This document shows, piece after piece, positions 24,651 to 29,145 of a stretch of DNA of 29,145 bases. Under the pieces are notes generated by a model that was given only the letters and a program-made list of their open reading frames with translations, was not told where the DNA came from and searched no databases. The stretch is from a virus. Its lineage: Duplodnaviria; Caudoviricetes. Made by a program: the position numbers and the translations under genes. The stretch covers positions 1 to 29,145 of IMG/VR virus record IMGVR_UViG_3300020045_004058; one strand, 5' to 3'. The stretch's first letter is position 1; each line of letters opens with the position of its first letter.

Positions 24651-24740
24651 ATGCTTTAAAATTATCACAATAAAAATATTTTATCATTTTGATAATTTTA
24701 TCAATTTGATTTTGTAATATTGTACAAACATATTTAAACT

Positions 24741-26432
24741 ATGTCAGTACTATCTTTTGAAGATATTAAAACCCTGATAAATCAAGGTAAACCGAAATGG
24801 ATTAAAGAAGCGTGCGAACAGCATGAAACTTTGAATGTCCATATTAACGGTGATGATGTTGCTGAATACCTAGCCAAAGTAGGACACTACGAAAATGAAC
24901 GTCAATACCAATTAAGAAAAGACTTTGCTACTTCAAATAAATTTGTCTTTGAAAACTTACTCAGACCAGTCGATAAGATATTTTCAGCTAAAGGTGGTAA
25001 TAGAACTTATTCAGCATCTACAACAGCCAAACAGCAATTATTAAAGACTAAATTATCTGACATTGAGTATGGTTATTCTGTAACCAATTGGATTCAAAAA
25101 ATACAGGCTAATAAGTTTTATTCTGATCCGAATGGATTGGTATTTTTCGAGGTTAAAGACAAAGAAACATATCCAACAATTAAATCAATTGAATGTATCC
25201 TGAACTATAAGGCGAATGGTCGTTACATTGAATGGGTAATATTCAAACCATTTAAAAAAGTAGATGTTTCAGGAAAGCAGATTGATGCTGACTTTTATAG
25301 GGTAGTTGATGATAAATTTGATTATCTGATTAAAAAGCAAGGCGAAGTATTATCAATAGTCGAAGATGAAACTTATCCTGTTTTGTTTAAACGATGCCCT
25401 GCTATTATTAATTCTGATTTGATCGACTACGAACTTGAAATGAAAAAAAGCCCTGTTGATTCAGTGATCGAGTTGGCAGATCATTATTTAAATACAAGTT
25501 CAGTCAAGAATATATACGAGTTTTTGCATGGGTATCCTATTTTTTGGGCATATGTTCAACCATGTAAGACTTGTGATGGAACTAAATTATATGAAGGTGC
25601 AAAATGTCCTAGTTGTAATGGAGAAGGTCATACGTTCAGGAAAGATGTATCTGACGTAATCAAATTACAGACTCCAAAATCTTCTGAGGATCCAATATTA
25701 GCACCAAACATAGCTGGATATGTTCAACCAGATTTGGAAGTTTGGAGAGAACAACGGATAGAATTGGATTGGATTTGGGGATTGATGCACTATTCAATGT
25801 GGGGAACAAGTACGCAAGATAATCCAAATAATAAGGAAAAGACTGCAACAGAGGCTTTCTTGAACGTTCAACCTGTAAATGATCGGCTTAATCAATTGGC
25901 TGATTCATTCGAAGACATGGAAAAGAAAATGACTGAATTTATCGGTTATTTCTACCTGAATGAATCATTTAAAGGTGCTTCAATTAATTACGGTCGAAGG
26001 TTCTTAGTTGAAAGTCCAGATCAAATCTGGAACAAATACGAAACTGCAAAGGGAAAAGGTAGCCCGAAAGTTAGTTTGGATTATCTATTGAATCAATTCT
26101 ATCAGGCTGAATTTGCTAACGACTTAGAAAGTTTGACAGTAGCAACTAAAGGCATTAAATTAGAGCCGTTCGTTCATAAGACTGACGAAGAAATAAGTAG
26201 TTTAACTGAATTAGCAATAGATGACAAGATTGCTAAATACTACTTTAATGAATGGTTTAAATCATTAGTTTACGAAGATATTCTGTTAAAAGATATTGAT
26301 ACACTTAAAAATGAATTTGAAACGTATTTAAAAACAAAAAAAGATGCAAGACAAGAAGCACTTAGAGTACAAGGTGATCGAGTGGGATCATCCACACAAG
26401 AAAACCAAAATAATCAGGAAGGAACCAACTAA
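24741..26432 (+). CDS. Portal protein with DnaJ-type zinc-finger insertion
   Basis: 563 aa, located between terL and scaffold/capsid; KTATEA motif; CKTCDGT...CPSCNGEG. Confidence 0.85.
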   Translation: MSVLSFEDIKTLINQGKPKWIKEACEQHETLNVHINGDDVAEYLAKVGHYENERQYQLRKDFATSNKFVFENLLRPVDKIFSAKGGNRTYSASTTAKQQLLKTKLSDIEYGYSVTNWIQKIQANKFYSDPNGLVFFEVKDKETYPTIKSIECILNYKANGRYIEWVIFKPFKKVDVSGKQIDADFYRVVDDKFDYLIKKQGEVLSIVEDETYPVLFKRCPAIINSDLIDYELEMKKSPVDSVIELADHYLNTSSVKNIYEFLHGYPIFWAYVQPCKTCDGTKLYEGAKCPSCNGEGHTFRKDVSDVIKLQTPKSSEDPILAPNIAGYVQPDLEVWREQRIELDWIWGLMHYSMWGTSTQDNPNNKEKTATEAFLNVQPVNDRLNQLADSFEDMEKKMTEFIGYFYLNESFKGASINYGRRFLVESPDQIWNKYETAKGKGSPKVSLDYLLNQFYQAEFANDLESLTVATKGIKLEPFVHKTDEEISSLTELAIDDKIAKYYFNEWFKSLVYEDILLKDIDTLKNEFETYLKTKKDARQEALRVQGDRVGSSTQENQNNQEGTN

Positions 26433-26562
26433 GCGAGGCTTTGTTATGATTTCTGAACGTGACGCTAAAACTAACAATTTACAGACTGGTTCGACTGGTT
26501 TGTTTTATGAATTGGCAGAAAAAGACGAAACTAAAAAGGTTGGAAGACCAAAAGCTGAATAA
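26344..26562 (+). CDS. Small protein with C-terminal AT-hook-like KKVGRPK
   Basis: 72 aa, overlaps the portal 3' end by 89 nt, ends 3 nt before the scaffold gene. Confidence 0.65.
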   Translation: MQDKKHLEYKVIEWDHPHKKTKIIRKEPTKRGFVMISERDAKTNNLQTGSTGLFYELAEKDETKKVGRPKAE

Positions 26563-26565
26563 ATT

Positions 26566-27363
26566 ATGGCAATTACAAATTTAAATGAGTTGGCGAAGTT
26601 CGTCAAAGGTGGCGCAGAAGTTCTGCAAAAAGCAATTGAATCTAAAGAGGAAACTACTTTAGAACTAATTGAAGGTAGCTTTGTAAGCAACGATGAACTT
26701 GAAACCCTTAAAACAACTGTTAGGGGTGAAGGTAAAAAAGAAGGTCAAACAATCGGTTATGACTTCGCAATGAAAGATTTGAAATCTGATTTTGGATTGG
26801 AAATTGAAGGTAAAGACCGAAAAGTAATAGCTGATGCAATTAAGAACAAATTAGTTGCTGAAAACGGCAAAGAACCTTCTGCAAAGATCAAAGAATTATC
26901 TGATTCACTCACAAATCTTCAAAAACAGTATCAAACTGATATTGCAACAAAAGAAAGTGAAGTCAATCAGTATAAATCAAAAGTAAAAGACATCAAGATC
27001 AATTCCGATCTACAAATGTCAATGCCCGAAGGATTAAACATTATTAAGCCTGATCAGTTTGCTTTATTGGCTCGTTCTAATTATGAATTTGATTATGATG
27101 AAGGCGGCCAATTGGTAGCTAAAAAAGGCGGTAATGTATTAAAGGATAAATTAGAAAAACCACTTCCAGTAAAAGAAATATTAACCGATTTCGCAACACA
27201 AAACAATTGGTTAAATTCTGGCGGTCGTGGTGGTGGCAATCAAGGTGGAGGTTCATCTGACTTTAAAACAGTCAATGATGTATTTAAACACATGGAAACT
27301 AACAAGATTGATCCTGCAAGTCCAGAAGGGCAAAAGTTAATTGATAATTTTAAAAACTCTTAA
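26566..27363 (+). CDS. Capsid scaffolding protein
   Basis: Charged coiled-coil, GGRGGGNQGGG linker near the C-terminus, precedes the capsid gene. Confidence 0.8.
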   Translation: MAITNLNELAKFVKGGAEVLQKAIESKEETTLELIEGSFVSNDELETLKTTVRGEGKKEGQTIGYDFAMKDLKSDFGLEIEGKDRKVIADAIKNKLVAENGKEPSAKIKELSDSLTNLQKQYQTDIATKESEVNQYKSKVKDIKINSDLQMSMPEGLNIIKPDQFALLARSNYEFDYDEGGQLVAKKGGNVLKDKLEKPLPVKEILTDFATQNNWLNSGGRGGGNQGGGSSDFKTVNDVFKHMETNKIDPASPEGQKLIDNFKNS

Positions 27364-27373
27364 TTTATAACAA

Positions 27374-28414
27374 ATGGCAAATTACGCTGATTCATTATGG
27401 CTTGCTGCTCAATACAAGCTAGATGAGATGATGCAAAAACCGGAGTTTAAACACAAACCTTCAGCTGCATTATCTGTATTTTTAAAGAACACAAATATGC
27501 TGATCCCGGCTTCGGCTCGTGAAGCTGCATGGAATCAAAAACCATCTGATCAAGTTCCGGTAACTGTTAAGAATTTGGCAAAGCATACCGTGGCTTTAGG
27601 TGCTGCTCGTGCTTACAATCACACCGGAGATATTGGTGATTCAATGACTGTAACGCCTAATTACGTAACTTATGCACGTAAGTTTAAGTATTCCAAAAAA
27701 CAGGCTGACCGTAACGTATTTGGACTTGCTGAAATGTTAGCAGCCGAAGTTAGAAGTGCAGCTATTGATATTCATGGTGGAGTTGAAACCGCTTTGATGG
27801 CTTTATTGAATACAAATAAATCTCAGGTAGTTGTTTCTGCTACTCCGCAATCAGGCGATTGGGATGCTGCTAACTTCTTATTTGGTGTATTGCAAGCTGA
27901 TAAAGCTCAGTATTTCCAATACTTGAAAATGTTCATGCAAGAACAGTATTACGGAGGTTCTTTCGATGTAATCAACAACATTCGCGCTCAGGCAAATGCT
28001 GCATTTTTAGCACAGCAAGGACAAGGTAACGCAACGAACTTAGGTTGGCAGGTTGATGGAATGAACATGGTAGCTTCTACCGAATTTGCTAATACAGTAG
28101 GTTACGATTGGATGAGTTATATCATTCCAGAAGGGACTATTGGTATTCTGCCGTGGATTCCTACTTTGAACCGTCAGGGTGATGGTGATCCTTTTGCTAT
28201 TGGTGGTCGTTATTCAACTATTGCCGATCCACTTGGTTCAGGTCTTACTTTTGCTTTGCATGAATATGCAGTAGCAGCAGATAATGAAGCCGCAGCCGGA
28301 GAATCTCAGGATGTAAACGTAGAAGTTGAAATCTCTATCGACTTAGCTCCTATCATTGCGCCAATGAGTACCGCTAATGCTTCTCCAATTTTTAAAGCAG
28401 GTCAACTTTCTTAA
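27374..28414 (+). CDS. Major capsid protein
   Basis: 346 aa, Ala-rich, directly after the scaffold; size typical of HK97-fold MCP. Confidence 0.85.
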   Translation: MANYADSLWLAAQYKLDEMMQKPEFKHKPSAALSVFLKNTNMLIPASAREAAWNQKPSDQVPVTVKNLAKHTVALGAARAYNHTGDIGDSMTVTPNYVTYARKFKYSKKQADRNVFGLAEMLAAEVRSAAIDIHGGVETALMALLNTNKSQVVVSATPQSGDWDAANFLFGVLQADKAQYFQYLKMFMQEQYYGGSFDVINNIRAQANAAFLAQQGQGNATNLGWQVDGMNMVASTEFANTVGYDWMSYIIPEGTIGILPWIPTLNRQGDGDPFAIGGRYSTIADPLGSGLTFALHEYAVAADNEAAAGESQDVNVEVEISIDLAPIIAPMSTANASPIFKAGQLS

Positions 28415-28416
28415 TT

Positions 28417-28836
28417 ATGAAAAAGTTTATCTTTTTGCTTGTTTTCGCTATTGTAGCAATGGCAGCAAGCGCACAGATTGGAGTAGTTAAGACCACAACT
28501 GTAAAACAGTATGTGAATAGTGCAACAGCTACGTCTGACGTTGTTACGGCAACAGGACAGGGTAATGCAATTACTTTTCAGACTGTATTTACTCAGGTTG
28601 GTGGAACTACTGCCGGAACTGCAACATTGAAAGGTTCAGTAGATGGTACTTCTTATGTAACTATTACAGATGCTGCCGGATTAGCTAAAGGATTTCCAAA
28701 TGACACAATGACAGTTACGTCTGGTGCAATATGGGATTTTGTAGTTCAGGACTTACCTTTCAAATATTATAAAGTAGTCACTGTTGGTTCTGGTACAAGC
28801 ACTACAACTGTTTTGACTAAATACGTCATTAAGTAA
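28417..28836 (+). CDS. Signal-peptide-bearing Thr/Gly-rich protein after the capsid gene
   Basis: MKKFIFLLVFAIVAMAASAQ followed by a beta-rich domain. Confidence 0.75.
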   Translation: MKKFIFLLVFAIVAMAASAQIGVVKTTTVKQYVNSATATSDVVTATGQGNAITFQTVFTQVGGTTAGTATLKGSVDGTSYVTITDAAGLAKGFPNDTMTVTSGAIWDFVVQDLPFKYYKVVTVGSGTSTTTVLTKYVIK

Positions 28837-29145
28837 TGTTTCAAATTAGCAAAATAAATAGCAATGTGATCGGGTTAGTTGGTTGGAAACAGTCAATTGA
28901 TCCGACACATCCTGTTATTGATGCTACTAATTTAGCCACTTCGTCAGGTTCTTATTTTCAAGATTTCAGCCCACTTGTTACAGTTGATAACATTAAACAG
29001 ACACAGAACTATCCAGCTATTAGTGATGCACAGATAAATATTATGCTCGGTGATATGGCTAAGTCTGCAATGGTTAAGGTATTAAATCAAGTATTTCAAG
29101 ATGAGGACTTAATTGAGAATAAAATCCTGTTCCCTTTTGAAATGT
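28836..29145 (+). CDS. Putative head-completion/structural protein, truncated by the window end
   Basis: MFQISKINSNVIGLVGWKQS...SSGSYFQDFSPLVTVDNIK; open to the end; TAATG-coupled. Confidence 0.7.
   Translation, partial: MFQISKINSNVIGLVGWKQSIDPTHPVIDATNLATSSGSYFQDFSPLVTVDNIKQTQNYPAISDAQINIMLGDMAKSAMVKVLNQVFQDEDLIENKILFPFEM

Larger units (their letters stand above)
1..29145. mobile_element. Partial genome of a Bacteroidota-infecting tailed phage/prophage
   Basis: Terminase, portal, scaffold, capsid, endolysin, primase-helicase, NinG and SSAP genes in phage-typical modules; Bacteroidota promoter boxes; no host housekeeping genes. Confidence 0.95.

Noticed and set aside
1440-25848. Antisense or nested ORFs in the track (1440, 1831, 5023, 6355, 6700, 6939, 7004, 8775, 10351, 10416, 14748, 15277, 22678, 24031, 25660; also 26505)
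   Set aside because: Shadow ORFs overlapping better-supported genes, with no recognisable motifs

Overview
A 29-kb AT-rich segment of a tailed (Caudoviricetes) phage or prophage of a Bacteroidota host. The host assignment is inferred from TAnnTTTG/TTTG promoters, A-rich Shine-Dalgarno-less start regions, and FISUMP and DUF4373-type genes. Layout from left to right: a 0.9-kb segment bounded by a perfect 35-bp inverted repeat; a membrane/holin cluster; a displaced GH19 endolysin; a long leftward replication/recombination arm (DnaA-C HTH, Twinkle-type primase-helicase, DUF4373-type initiator, HNH, NinG, SNF2 helicase-DNA methyltransferase fusion, MazG-like, NinB-like, Rad52-like SSAP); a divergence point near 18.2 kb; and a rightward arm (small ORFs, TerS, TerL, a 3-gene insert, portal, scaffold, major capsid). 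No integrase, reverse transcriptase, tRNA or CRISPR array was seen. The most interesting signals are non-coding: (1) a 12-bp palindrome TGTTRTAYAACA exactly 34 nt upstream of the -7 box at four promoters; (2) a ~450-nt promoter-driven structured RNA region at 15.68-16.11 kb with a cloverleaf-like 5' module and a G-rich hairpin; (3) two candidate small RNAs antisense to generic translation-start regions; (4) the promoter-carrying inverted segment, which could be phase variation or an assembly chimera. All family calls come from motif recognition by eye; no database search was run.
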